A DNA stretch of 64,000 nt from an uncultured Clostridia bacterium. GTDB lineage: Bacteria; Bacillota; Clostridia; Christensenellales; Aristaeellaceae. The position numbers were made by a program, and so were the translations under genes. Shown piece by piece: positions 40,099-51,346 of this stretch; the first letter of the stretch is position 1, and each line of letters starts with the position of its first letter. Location: assembly GCA_947166385.1 (NCBI GenBank), contig CAMVEB010000017.1, positions 4,853 to 68,852 on the forward strand, in the 5' to 3' direction. The notes under the pieces are model-generated. The model was given only the letters and a program-made list of their open reading frames with translations. It searched no databases and had not been told where the DNA came from.

Positions 40099-41884
40099 GT
40101 TTCCGCACCTCCTCCGGCAGATCTTTCGGCAGACATTCTCCGGTGTCCGTAAACACCGCGCACAGCAGGGTATGCTCTCCCGGCTCCAGATCACTGTGCA
40201 GGGTCGGCAGAACACACCGGGGTTCCATCAGGTTCGTATTGGGCTCGGTATGGATCACTTCTCCGCCGGTATAGCCCTTCAGAGCATAAATGACGCTGGT
40301 TCCGCGCGTTCCCCACGCCGCTGCTTTGGCTTCGTCAGCCGCTGTTTTCGTAAAGATCCGGTCACAGGGTCTTTCCCCCGCCCAGTCCTTCGCTACAGAA
40401 AACGCGCCTTCGGCCGCTTCCAGCTGAACCTGTGTCCGAATAACATGTTTCCGAACGTGCCACATGCCTGTCGGCGCAATCACAGTATCGATTGTCACGT
40501 CGTTGGCCGGAGACCAGGTAAACGTCACCCGGTCCTCCGCCAGCATGTAACGTTCACAGCCGCTGCGCACATGCCACAGGTCGTTTCCCTTCGCCCGTAC
40601 CGCCAGCATGGAATCATATGCGCCGCGGTTCAGTGCCGACTCCTCTTTTGCCACGGAAAAGGCAAACAGGGTGGAATAAGCGAACTTCTCGTATTTCTCG
40701 TCCTCATGCATATGCTCCCAGGCATGGTTGCCTGCCGTGTATGCCACAACCTGCCTGTTTTCTGCGTCCCGGGTCAGCAGCAGCCTCACCTGGGAATCAA
40801 GGAAATGTTCCGGCGGGAAATACGCTTCCTCCTCTGTCTGCCAGAAAGGATGATTTTCCGGCAGTGCCAGGATCCAGAATGTCTTCATGGCCCAGTAAGG
40901 CGATCCCTGTGCGTTGTATCCCTCCGCGGCGCACAGGTTGGGATACCCGTATCCCACTGTCAGCGCCCCGCCCCGGTCAAAAATCGGCTTTCCCAGCCAG
41001 AACCGCAGGTTATTCAGCAGCAGATGTTTTATCTGTCCCGGGGACAGTTCGCCGCACTGAACCCCGGCAAAGGCCATGGCCGCCCAGAAGGAGCTCTGGC
41101 AGAAGCGGTAAGTCAGGCTTCTTCCGTATGGCAGTCCCCTGCCCTCCCGGTCAAACCAGCAGGCAAATCGCGGCGCGATCATCGCCGCACGTTCACGAAA
41201 CCGTGCACACCGCTCCGGATCTTCCCGCTCCATGGCCGTGGCATAGAGCAGGCTGTAGAAATGGAAGCCCCACAGGGTGTAGTAATCCCGTTTTGTCGGA
41301 TAATCGAAATACCAGCCGTCTGCCGTATAATGGCTTTCCATCAGATCCAGGTCTTCCTTCAGCTTTGCCTCGTCCATCGCCAGCCCGTTTTTCCGGAATC
41401 CGATGTTCACCAGGATCCGGAAAAAGCGCCAGTTGTTCTTTGGCATATCGTATTGGTTGATCTGGTTCAGCCAGTGATAAAGATGCCGCTGCTGTTCTTC
41501 ATCCAGGGATCTCAGGAAGTATTTCGGTGCAAAAATCATCCCGCAGCCAATCACGGCCATTTCCACCATCCGCTGGTCACAGTCTCCGATGTCGCCCCAG
41601 TATTCCGCATCCTCGGGGTCTGTTCCCCGGATCAGGCCTTCCTTCCACTGCGGCCAGAGAGCTTCCGCTTCCGGGCATTTTCCCGCCAGCATCGGCACCA
41701 GCGCCCACAGAGCCCGGCTCCAGCATTCCATCCCGGCCACGTCCTCGCTGTAATGGGCAGATCCGCTTCCCACAAAAATCCTGGCTTTTCCGGGAGTCAT
41801 GCACTTTGTCAGCGGCTGCAGGATCTCCGCGGCCGCCCGTCTCAGGTCCTGCCGTGTAAGCAGTGGATTGTATCCTCCGGTCAT
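40082..41884 (-). CDS. DUF2264-domain protein (GH154-like putative glycosidase)
   Basis: 'ME.wsRALWAL', 'DQRMVEMA', 'NNWRFF', 'DYYTLWGFHFY', 'PYGRSLTYRF', 'E.YNAQGSPYWA', 'KYEKFAYS'. Confidence 0.8.
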   Translation of the reverse strand: MTGGYNPLLTRQDLRRAAAEILQPLTKCMTPGKARIFVGSGSAHYSEDVAGMECWSRALWALVPMLAGKCPEAEALWPQWKEGLIRGTDPEDAEYWGDIGDCDQRMVEMAVIGCGMIFAPKYFLRSLDEEQQRHLYHWLNQINQYDMPKNNWRFFRILVNIGFRKNGLAMDEAKLKEDLDLMESHYTADGWYFDYPTKRDYYTLWGFHFYSLLYATAMEREDPERCARFRERAAMIAPRFACWFDREGRGLPYGRSLTYRFCQSSFWAAMAFAGVQCGELSPGQIKHLLLNNLRFWLGKPIFDRGGALTVGYGYPNLCAAEGYNAQGSPYWAMKTFWILALPENHPFWQTEEEAYFPPEHFLDSQVRLLLTRDAENRQVVAYTAGNHAWEHMHEDEKYEKFAYSTLFAFSVAKEESALNRGAYDSMLAVRAKGNDLWHVRSGCERYMLAEDRVTFTWSPANDVTIDTVIAPTGMWHVRKHVIRTQVQLEAAEGAFSVAKDWAGERPCDRIFTKTAADEAKAAAWGTRGTSVIYALKGYTGGEVIHTEPNTNLMEPRCVLPTLHSDLEPGEHTLLCAVFTDTGECLPKDLPEEVRKLAESL

Positions 41885-41924
41885 TCTTTAAACCTCCCGC
41901 TTGTTCGCTGGAATGCCTCCCGTC

Positions 41925-42791
41925 TCAGCCTTTCAGTCCCGATGTGGCAATCCCCTCGATAAAATATCGCTGCAGGCACAGGAAGACAATTGATACCGGC
42001 AGCAGCGAGCAAAGCGAAGCGGCCATGATCAGATGGTAATCGCTTGAATTCTCCTGGATAAAGCGGCGCAGACCCACCTGGACTGTCTTGTTGACGTCCC
42101 GGGTCAGGTAGATCATCGGGCCCATATAGTCGTTCCAGGTGTTCACAAACGTAAAGATCACCAGCGTCGCGATCGCCGCCTTGGACAGCGGCAGCATAAT
42201 CCGCGCCCAGATGCCGTATTCGCTCAGTCCGTCCAGCCGGGCCGCTTCGCACAGCTCCGTGGGGATCGACCGGTAGAACTGGCGCATCAGAAATACGCCG
42301 AACGCGGAAAAAGCCTGCAGCACCACCATCGCCCACAGCGTATCGTACAGTCCCATCGAACGCATCATGATAAACTGCGGCAGCATGTAGGCCTGCCACG
42401 GCACCGCGATTGTCCCGATATAGCACAGGAACAGCACATCCCGGCCCCGGAAGTTCAGTTTCGCAAACGCGTACGCCGCGAACGAGGATGTCAGCGTCTG
42501 CAATACCGTCACCACGATCGCGATAAACGCGGTGTTCTTGAAGTATGTCAGCAGCGGCACGCGCTGCCAGATCAGGGAATAGTTCTCCCAGTGGAACGTC
42601 TCCGGGATCCAGCGCATCGGGAAGGCAAACACTTCCCGATCCAGTTTCAGCGAGGAGGAGATCATCCAGACGAAGGGGATCAGTGTAAATACCGCCAGAG
42701 CAATCAGCAGCACCCAGATGATCACCCGCAGCACCTTGCGCAGGGTCGGATTGTCTTTCCGGATTTCTCTGCCATGAACAGCCGTTTCCAT
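41925..42791 (-). CDS. Carbohydrate ABC transporter permease (MalG/UgpE type)
   Basis: 'PFVWMISSSLK', EAA loop 'ELCEAARLDG', 'TWNDYMGP'. Confidence 0.92.
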   Translation of the reverse strand: METAVHGREIRKDNPTLRKVLRVIIWVLLIALAVFTLIPFVWMISSSLKLDREVFAFPMRWIPETFHWENYSLIWQRVPLLTYFKNTAFIAIVVTVLQTLTSSFAAYAFAKLNFRGRDVLFLCYIGTIAVPWQAYMLPQFIMMRSMGLYDTLWAMVVLQAFSAFGVFLMRQFYRSIPTELCEAARLDGLSEYGIWARIMLPLSKAAIATLVIFTFVNTWNDYMGPMIYLTRDVNKTVQVGLRRFIQENSSDYHLIMAASLCSLLPVSIVFLCLQRYFIEGIATSGLKG

Positions 42792-42807
42792 CTTGTCTCC
42801 TCCTTTC

Positions 42808-43764
42808 TCAGTCGTTCGAGAATTTCTTCTCGGAGCTGAACTGAATGATCGTCACCGCCAGCACGATCACCAGCAGCACCATGGAGATGGCGCTGGCCTG
42901 ACCGTACCGTACCTTGACGAACGCCTCGTCGTAGATGTAGGTCACCAGCATCTTGGTGGATCTTCCAGGCCCGCCGTCCGTCATGATGGCCACCACGTCG
43001 TAGATCTTGAAGCAGGATATCACCATCATCACGGAAACGAAGAACGTCGTGGGCTTCAGCTGTGGCAGCGTCACATGCAGGAACTGCTGCCATCTGCTCG
43101 CCCCGTCAACGGTGGCGGCCTCCATCAGCTCCCGCGGAATTCCCTGCAGTGCCGCCAGGTACAGCACCATGTAGTATCCCATATTCCGCCATACACTCAC
43201 CAGGATGATGGACCAGATCGCCATGGTGCTGTCCGCGGTCCATCCTTTGTTGAAGTCGATCCCCAGCGCCATGATCAGCTGGTTTACCGGACCGTCCTTC
43301 ATCAGCATGAAGGACCAGCATACGCAGATCGCCACCATGGAGGAAACATAGGGGAAGAAGAAAACCGTCCGGAAAAATACGGCGCCCCGGATCTTGTTCA
43401 GCAGCAGGGCCAGCGCCAGCGCGCAGATAATCGTCAGCGGCACCGTCACTACCGTGTAGTACACCGTATTTTTCAGCGCAATTCCGAGATCCGCCCGGTT
43501 GAAGAAATACTCGATTCCTTTCTCCGCCACTTTCTTTGTCGCGAAGATCGTCGCGTAATTATCCAGCCCGACGAATTTCAGCTTGGAGATATCCCCGCCG
43601 TTCCACTCAAACAGGGACAGCGCGATTGCGCAGATCACCGGAACCAGCGTAAACACGGCAAACCCGATAAAGTTCGGGGCCAGGAAGGAATAAGCAACCA
43701 GCGTGTTTTTCCGCTCCAGTTTGCCCATTCTGTACCGGACCTTCTTCACTTCCGCCTGACTCAT
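42808..43764 (-). CDS. Carbohydrate ABC transporter permease (MalF/UgpA type)
   Basis: 'FVGLDNY', 'WRNMGYYM', 'LQGIPRELMEAATVDGA', 'TDGGP'. Confidence 0.92.
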   Translation of the reverse strand: MSQAEVKKVRYRMGKLERKNTLVAYSFLAPNFIGFAVFTLVPVICAIALSLFEWNGGDISKLKFVGLDNYATIFATKKVAEKGIEYFFNRADLGIALKNTVYYTVVTVPLTIICALALALLLNKIRGAVFFRTVFFFPYVSSMVAICVCWSFMLMKDGPVNQLIMALGIDFNKGWTADSTMAIWSIILVSVWRNMGYYMVLYLAALQGIPRELMEAATVDGASRWQQFLHVTLPQLKPTTFFVSVMMVISCFKIYDVVAIMTDGGPGRSTKMLVTYIYDEAFVKVRYGQASAISMVLLVIVLAVTIIQFSSEKKFSND

Positions 43765-43792
43765 GTGTCATCGTTTCCTTTCCCTTGTTCTG

Positions 43793-43826
43793 AAAAAGGC
43801 AGGGAGGGTCAGCAGCCCTCCCTGCC
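43793..43826 (-). terminator. Hairpin plus U-run between the SBP and permease genes (mRNA stabiliser / partial terminator)
   Basis: 11-bp stem GGCAGGGAGGG (43798-808) / CCCTCCCTGCC (43816-26); A5 at 43793-97 is U5 on the minus strand. Confidence 0.7.
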
Positions 43827-43847
43827 AGGGGTCGGTTAGTTTCTGGT

Positions 43848-45092
<1,245 letters not shown>

Positions 45093-45124
45093 GAACGGTT
45101 CCTCCTCCATTTCATCTCTTCGGG

Positions 45125-45296
45125 AATGTTATCGGTTTCATAACCAGAGGAATGCCAATGGACTTCCTCCCTGCCAATTCACCGGTTCTTCCCGTTCGTT
45201 TGTCTGAATATTAGAGCTTTTTGCCCTGATTGTCAAGCCTTTTGCGAAAATTATTTTAGGTTTATCCTTTCTTTCTAAATGTTATCGGTAACATTT
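45125..45296. promoter_or_regulatory. LacI-type operators and divergent promoters
   Basis: Palindrome AAATGTTA-TCGG-TAACATTT 45277-96 and related AATGTTATCGGTTTCAT 45125-41; minus-strand TTGACA (45231-36), 17 nt, TAATAT (45208-13); plus-strand TTGTAT 45301 / TATAGT 45324. Confidence 0.7.
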
Positions 45297-45349
45297 TCCC
45301 TTGTATTTTTGTTCCCTTCGTGCTATAGTGAAACAGAGGTGAATGCTCG

Positions 45350-46393
45350 ATGAGCAAAGTGACCATTTATGATATCGCGCGCGAGGCCGGCGTCTCCACC
45401 GCCACCGTCACCCGCGTCGTCCGCCGGGATCCGCATGTGAAGGAAGCCACCCGCCTGAAGGTCCAGCAGGTGATCGACGCCCACGCCTACACACCCAGTC
45501 TTTCCGCCCAGAATCTGGAAGGCGGCCGGACCCGTACCCTGGCGGTGGTGCTTCCCGTCATTTCCAACCTGTATTTCAACCGGATCCTGGATGCTGCCTA
45601 CTGGGAGGCCGAGAAGAACGGCTGCAGCGTCCGCCTTTTCCAGACCATGGAGAATCAGGCCATCTCACCCGAACTGGTCAGCGAATTGATCCGCTGCCGC
45701 ATGGATGGCGTCCTGTTTGCCGGGAGCATCTGGTCGGCGGACCGGGATGACCTGAACAATGCCCTGGAGAAGCTTGGCAGGTACATGCCTGTCGCTACAA
45801 TCTGTCCGCCGGATGTCTCCCTGGAATGTATCTGTATCCAGAGTGATCTGGTCAACTGCTCACGTCTGCCCGTCCGCCATCTGCACACCCTGGGGCACAG
45901 GCGCATCGCTTTCCTCGGCGGTTCCATGCACAGCAAGGACACCTCCCGCCGCGGCGTCGGTTTCCTGGAACAGCTCCGCCTGATGGATCTGCCGGATGAT
46001 CCTGCTTATCATGTGGACGCGGGTTATGATATGGAAAGCGGAGAGCGGGCCATTCTCCGCATGCTGTCCGGCCTGGACTCGTCCCGCCGGCCCACCGCCA
46101 TCGTGACCTTTAACGACCTTGTTGCCCTCGGTGTGATGAAACAGCTCAAGAAAATGGGCTTTTCCCTTCCGCAGGATATGGCGATCATCGGCTGTGACAA
46201 CCAGTTTTTCTGCGCCTATACGGATCCTGCCCTCACCTCTGTGGATCTGCATCCGGAGGAAATGGCGCAGAGTGCTGTTCGGGAGTTGCTTCTCGCGCGC
46301 GAATCCACTTCCCGCTCCTTCGCCATGATCCGGGAAGCGACCCTGGTTGTTCGGGAAAGCTGCGGCGCACATTTGGGCTTCCGTAAACTTTGA
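45350..46393 (+). CDS. LacI-family transcriptional regulator
   Basis: 'VTIYDIAREAGVSTATVTRV' HTH, 'YTPSLSAQNL', 'FNDLVALG', 'AIIGCDN', 'PALTSV'. Confidence 0.95.
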   Translation: MSKVTIYDIAREAGVSTATVTRVVRRDPHVKEATRLKVQQVIDAHAYTPSLSAQNLEGGRTRTLAVVLPVISNLYFNRILDAAYWEAEKNGCSVRLFQTMENQAISPELVSELIRCRMDGVLFAGSIWSADRDDLNNALEKLGRYMPVATICPPDVSLECICIQSDLVNCSRLPVRHLHTLGHRRIAFLGGSMHSKDTSRRGVGFLEQLRLMDLPDDPAYHVDAGYDMESGERAILRMLSGLDSSRRPTAIVTFNDLVALGVMKQLKKMGFSLPQDMAIIGCDNQFFCAYTDPALTSVDLHPEEMAQSAVRELLLARESTSRSFAMIREATLVVRESCGAHLGFRKL

Positions 46394-46411
46394 TACAGGA
46401 GGTATTTCACG

Positions 46412-47227
46412 ATGATAACCATCCTTGTTCAGTCCGCTGACGGCCTGGTACTGGCATCTGCAGAGCATCCGGAGGAAGCCTGGCTTTCTGTGGACCGGGT
46501 ATATCAACCCGGTGACGTCGTCCGAATCTCCGGGCCAAATCATCTGCAGGTTCAGCTTGACCAGTCCCTTCTCCCCGGAGAAGTCTACCTTCCGGAGGGA
46601 ACCATGACCTGGGCAGTCCCCGCAGGCGAGCACCGTCTTGCCTATGCGCCAGGCCTGTTTGATGCCCCACGCCATTTCATTCTGGCAAAAGCCGTTCCGG
46701 AGCATGCATTGTCCGCGTCCCGTGTCCTGTCCTGCAATCCTGCCGATCTGCGGGGAGACACGGATTTCTTTCCTCATTGCACCGCCAATGTTGAAACCAG
46801 GAATGAAGCCTGTTTCTGCGCGCGCAATATCATTGACGGCATCCGTCTGAACACCTTTCACGGAGAATGGCCTTTCCAGAGCTGGGGCATTGGCGCCCGG
46901 GAAGATGCCTGGTGCTGCCTGGACCTGGGACGCGTGGTTGTCGCGGAAAAAATGGCTCTGACCCTGCGGGCGGATTTCCCGCATGACGCTTACTGGACTT
47001 CGGGCCATGTCATTTTGTCCGATGGAACTGATATCTCCTTCGATTTGCGAAAAGCCGCGGACCGGCAATGGATCGGCCTGCAAAACAGGGAAATCCGCTG
47101 GCTCCGCTTGGAACGTCTCATAAAAAGCAATGACCCCTCCGCCTTCCCCGCTTTACGTCAATGGGAGGTTTACGGAAGAGATGTCAGCGAAAGCATGCCG
47201 GAAGGATATGCTTATCACAGTCTTTGA
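46412..47227 (+). CDS. Conserved protein, probable galactose-binding-like / carbohydrate-binding C-terminal domain
   Basis: 271 aa, RBS AGGAGG; 'ANVETRNEACFCARNIIDG...GEWPFQSWG...DLGRVV...LTLRADFPHD' resembles an F5/8-type beta-sandwich. Confidence 0.55.
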   Translation: MITILVQSADGLVLASAEHPEEAWLSVDRVYQPGDVVRISGPNHLQVQLDQSLLPGEVYLPEGTMTWAVPAGEHRLAYAPGLFDAPRHFILAKAVPEHALSASRVLSCNPADLRGDTDFFPHCTANVETRNEACFCARNIIDGIRLNTFHGEWPFQSWGIGAREDAWCCLDLGRVVVAEKMALTLRADFPHDAYWTSGHVILSDGTDISFDLRKAADRQWIGLQNREIRWLRLERLIKSNDPSAFPALRQWEVYGRDVSESMPEGYAYHSL

Positions 47228-47315
47228 CCGCGAACCGGAACGGGAAAAAGAAGCAATCCGAATTCTGGAAGAACACATCCGTCAATTCAACAAACTTTAC
47301 GGGAGGTCATTATGA
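47208..47315 (+). CDS. Possible 35-aa small ORF
   Basis: GGAAGGAT-ATG; MLITVFDREPEREKEAIRILEEHIRQFNKLYGRSL*; its stop overlaps the next ATG (ATGA). Confidence 0.35.
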   Translation: MLITVFDREPEREKEAIRILEEHIRQFNKLYGRSL

Positions 47316-47926
47316 ATCAGCTGTTATCAAAAATCGGAGCCATCATTGTGACGGTCACGGTATTTCTTTTCGCGATATGCATCGTCTGCGATTTTCCTTT
47401 CGGTTCCTATGTCGTCTGTATGTTCCTGCCGATCGGATATATCATGATGTGCGCCGGATTTCAGCATGAAAGCACTGACAAAACGAAAGTCTCCGCGAAC
47501 ATCGGACTGGTTCTGGCGGCGGTCTATGCTGTGCTGATCCTGCTGGTCTATTATGCGCAGACAACCACAGTCCGGCTGGAAGAGCTGAACGGCCAGGCTG
47601 CCCGGGTCCTGAACTACCAGAATGGCGGACTGCTGTTCAATTATGATCTGTTGGGCTATGGCATAATGGCGCTTTCCACCTTTTTCATCGGTCTGTCTGT
47701 TCAGGCCAAAAGCAAGGCGGATTTATGGTTGAAATGGTTGATGATTATCCATGGAGTTTTCTTCCTCAGCTGTTTCTTCATGCCGATGACCGGGATGTTC
47801 ACCCAGATGGCTGACGGAAACAAAGGAAAGGGCGGGGGCATCGCATTGCTGTTCTGGTGTGTATATTTTCTTCCGATTGGTGTGCTGGCCTACAGGCATT
47901 TCAGTGCCGATCAGAAGACGGCCTGA
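47312..47926 (+). CDS. Hypothetical integral membrane protein
   Basis: 204 aa, about six hydrophobic segments, GGAGG RBS. Confidence 0.75.
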   Translation: MNQLLSKIGAIIVTVTVFLFAICIVCDFPFGSYVVCMFLPIGYIMMCAGFQHESTDKTKVSANIGLVLAAVYAVLILLVYYAQTTTVRLEELNGQAARVLNYQNGGLLFNYDLLGYGIMALSTFFIGLSVQAKSKADLWLKWLMIIHGVFFLSCFFMPMTGMFTQMADGNKGKGGGIALLFWCVYFLPIGVLAYRHFSADQKTA

Positions 47927-47933
47927 TGTCCGG

Positions 47934-50900
47934 TTACAGCGCAAGCCCCTTGCGTCCAAGTTCCGAAATCCTGCGGCAATAGTTGTCGCTCCGTTTCTGG
48001 ATATCATCCTGATATACTTCAAGCTCCGGCATGGAGACCGCGAAGAAATCATACTCCACCTTGTCAAACAGATGCTGTTCACCGAACAAGACCAGCTGAT
48101 GGAAAGCTTTGCGCGCCCTTTCCCTCTCCCCCAGGGCCAGGAAGGCAAGCCCCTGATAATAGATATAATCGGAAGGCTGGTCGTTGTAATACCGCACGGA
48201 CGCCGGTACGGAAGATCCCTGGGCGGCCCGGGAGAAAGCTTCCCGGGCTTCCGCTTCATTCCCCTGTGCGCGCGCCGCCAGACCCATCAGATAATACGCC
48301 TGGTTGTCAGGCACGTTATCCAGTTTCCCCTCGCCCAGATTCGGAGGATAGGAAAGCGTACGGCGTGCATATTCCGCTGCCCGGACCGGATCATGGTCTG
48401 CCAGTGCTTTTTCCGCAAGGGCGAACAGGGCCTTTTTGTATTCGTCCGCCACCTTGCCTTCCCCGCCTTCCCACACGTGGAACGTATAGTTCATCAGCAG
48501 CTCCAGCGCTTTTTCATGCTGCCCGTCTCTGTTCAGCAGCGTGATATAGGCCAGCATGAGAGCAGTACGGTCCGGAAGCAGATTCCGGTGCGCTTCCAGC
48601 AGAGCCAGCCGGTCCGCGACAGGCTGATCCAGCCTGTCCATCAGCTGATCCTGTTCCAGCAGGAACCGGCTGTTATCCGGTTCCAGCCGGCAGGCTTCAG
48701 CGATTTCACCGGCGGCAAGGGATCGGTCCCCGTGGTTGTAATAGGCAATGGACAGATTCCGGTGCGCCGGCGCCAGCTCAGGCATTTCATGAGCAGCCGT
48801 CTCCCAGTGACGGATTGCTTCGGCATACTGCTTTTTATCATACAGTAGTTCTCCCAGGGCATAATGCGCCTTCGGCGCGGCAGGGAGCAGAGCGATCACG
48901 GTTTCCAGAATCGACCTCTCGATGACCCGGTTCGGGAAAACAAAATCTGTGGAAAGGCTTTCGGCTTTTCCGGCGGCAAGGATTGCTTTCTCCCGCTGTC
49001 CCATCTTTTCATACGCATATGCCATCGTCCAGTATTTCATCGGGTGTTCCTCTGCAGCGTTTTTCAGCACTGCCAGAGCATCCTCATAGAAACCGAAGGC
49101 AATGAAATCAAAGGCGGTATTCAGCATTTCTTCCGTACGGCCGCCGGTCGCTTTTTCAAAGGCACCCCGGTCCTCACTGCGCCACAGGAGGCTGAGATAC
49201 AGGGGATCGATTGCCAGGCTTTCCGCCAGGAAGCGCTGGGTTTCCGGTGAATCCGGATCTGTATGGGTCAGCACAGAGGCTTTCAGCGAACGAACCTTCA
49301 TGTTGTGCCAGTTCCGGATCAGGCTTTCCTCCACGAAACGCAGCGCGTCCGTCAGACGTCCCTGTTTGACGGCGATACAGGCCAGGTGGAAATAAGCCGG
49401 CCCGGCAGTCTCCGCGGACCAGGTCGCCTTGAAGAAGGCGTCAAAGGCTTCCGAAATCTGCCCTGTGCTCTCAAGCGCCAGTCCCAGGTTGAAATAAGGT
49501 TCGCCGGCGTACGGATTGGGGTTGCGCCACGTCTGTTTTTTCACAGCGGCCCGGAAATAAGGAATGCTTTCTTCTGCCTGCGCGTTCCGGAGGAGCCAGA
49601 GGCCATAGGCATTGTTCAGGCGGAGATCCGTCGGATCCCGGCGAAGCCCTTCCAGATAGTAGTCAGAAGGCAGGAAGGTAGCATGACGGTACTGTTCCAG
49701 ATGCTGTCCGGCCAGGTAGAGTTCCTCTGCGGAGCGCAGCTCTTCCGGCGGTTTCAGCGCTTCGGCGGGTGCCGGGATCGGCCGGTTCTCACGGATGTAT
49801 TCCGTGTATTCGCACAGCGTGTTTCCAGCGCTGTCGGCCACGGTGACAGCATAGTCGTAAAGTCCTGTCAGGGTTTCCGTGAAGGCTTCCCGTGGGGAAA
49901 GATCAGCGGTGTTTTCATAAACTGCCTTTCCGCCGACGATAATCCGGATCCTGGCGCCCGGATATTCCCCGGTTGCATAGACCTTCAGCCGGGCTGAAGA
50001 AGCCCGCCGCGCCAGCGCATCGTTGGCCTCTTTGCCGAATGCGAAAGGATCCGGCTCCAGCACACGGTTTTCTGCGTCCAGGTAGTCAATGCCCAGGATG
50101 ATGTCCTTTGTGGCATTGCTGACCCGGCCGACGGATTTATAGGGCATAAAGTACTGGACGAAGCGCTTTTCCTCCTGCGGCTTGAGCCAGGTGAAATCCG
50201 GCTGGTTGTCGCAGTACATACCGGTCATCAGCTCAATATAGGGGCCATCCTCGTCCGTCAGGTTCCGGTCCCAGGTTTTTCCGAAATCGCCGCAGCCCCA
50301 GGTCCATTGCTTTTTGCCCGGACTCACATGGTGATCCGCCACATGAAGCAGGCCTGCCTCCCGGCTCTCGTCATAATTCCCCACAAAGTCGAAGTCGGAA
50401 TGGGCCGCCATGTAGGAAGTCGGCACGCGGATGTTTTTGTACCGGGAAATATCCACACCCGCCGAATAGTCTGCTTTGTAGTATTCCCCCGTGGCAATCG
50501 GAAAAGTGGAAACAGCGCGCTTGCCATGATCCATGACGGCGTTGACGTCCGGTGGGAAGACGGAGAACGTATAGTCGTTGACAGAAACGGCAGGATTTGC
50601 CCACCAGAGGAAGGTCTGGGGAAAATCGGTGGGATTGAACAGCTGTCCTCTGATTTCGATATAAGCCTTATCCGGATACAGCGTAAAAGTCATGTTGGCT
50701 TTGGTGCCGTTCATCCGATCGGTTTCTCCCAGAATGACGGAGGCGGACCCGTCCGGTGCCTCCCGCAGCGTACAGTCTACCGGCATGAAGGTACTGGGCC
50801 GGTGATGCTGGGGCCAGTTGAACTCGATGCCTCCGGAGATCCATGGTCCGGCCAGGCCGACCAGCGCCGGCTTGATGACCCGGTTGTAATAAACGAAATC

Positions 50901-51179
50901 ATATCCGTTGGTTTTGTCCAGCGCGCGCTGAATCCGGCCTCCCAGTTCGGGCAGCACCATGACGTACAGATAGTCGTTCTCCAGGATCACAGCCCGGTAA
51001 TCCACATCCTCTTTTGCGTCGCTGATTTTCTCGCAGATCGGTACAGGATACACCTTCCCCGTTGATCCCTGATATGCTCTTTTCTCAATAAAAATCGGAT
51101 TCTTTTCCATTTCCTCAACGCGATAGGTGGGGATGCTAACCGTTTGCCGGTAAACTCTGGCTTTATTCTCGCTCATCAT
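47934..51179 (-). CDS. DUF5107 + TPR repeat protein (YphG-like)
   Basis: 'YQGSTGKVYP', 'LENDYLYVMVLPELGGRI', 'GPWISGGIEFNWPQHHRP', 'PGKKQWTWG', followed by TPR-like helices; start ATG 51179; no signal peptide. Confidence 0.8.
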   Translation of the reverse strand: MMSENKARVYRQTVSIPTYRVEEMEKNPIFIEKRAYQGSTGKVYPVPICEKISDAKEDVDYRAVILENDYLYVMVLPELGGRIQRALDKTNGYDFVYYNRVIKPALVGLAGPWISGGIEFNWPQHHRPSTFMPVDCTLREAPDGSASVILGETDRMNGTKANMTFTLYPDKAYIEIRGQLFNPTDFPQTFLWWANPAVSVNDYTFSVFPPDVNAVMDHGKRAVSTFPIATGEYYKADYSAGVDISRYKNIRVPTSYMAAHSDFDFVGNYDESREAGLLHVADHHVSPGKKQWTWGCGDFGKTWDRNLTDEDGPYIELMTGMYCDNQPDFTWLKPQEEKRFVQYFMPYKSVGRVSNATKDIILGIDYLDAENRVLEPDPFAFGKEANDALARRASSARLKVYATGEYPGARIRIIVGGKAVYENTADLSPREAFTETLTGLYDYAVTVADSAGNTLCEYTEYIRENRPIPAPAEALKPPEELRSAEELYLAGQHLEQYRHATFLPSDYYLEGLRRDPTDLRLNNAYGLWLLRNAQAEESIPYFRAAVKKQTWRNPNPYAGEPYFNLGLALESTGQISEAFDAFFKATWSAETAGPAYFHLACIAVKQGRLTDALRFVEESLIRNWHNMKVRSLKASVLTHTDPDSPETQRFLAESLAIDPLYLSLLWRSEDRGAFEKATGGRTEEMLNTAFDFIAFGFYEDALAVLKNAAEEHPMKYWTMAYAYEKMGQREKAILAAGKAESLSTDFVFPNRVIERSILETVIALLPAAPKAHYALGELLYDKKQYAEAIRHWETAAHEMPELAPAHRNLSIAYYNHGDRSLAAGEIAEACRLEPDNSRFLLEQDQLMDRLDQPVADRLALLEAHRNLLPDRTALMLAYITLLNRDGQHEKALELLMNYTFHVWEGGEGKVADEYKKALFALAEKALADHDPVRAAEYARRTLSYPPNLGEGKLDNVPDNQAYYLMGLAARAQGNEAEAREAFSRAAQGSSVPASVRYYNDQPSDYIYYQGLAFLALGERERARKAFHQLVLFGEQHLFDKVEYDFFAVSMPELEVYQDDIQKRSDNYCRRISELGRKGLAL

Positions 51180-51346
51180 TTTCACCTCATCGTTCTGTTT
51201 CCGCTTCCATAACGATACATCTTTCATCGGGCAAAAGCAAGCAGGACGCTGATGGAAATACCGGCCCAGTAGCCAAAGCCTGTCATGTATGGTAAAATCA
51301 CAAGCGGCGCGAACCGACAATCTCCATGCAGGAAAGGAATGAGAGC

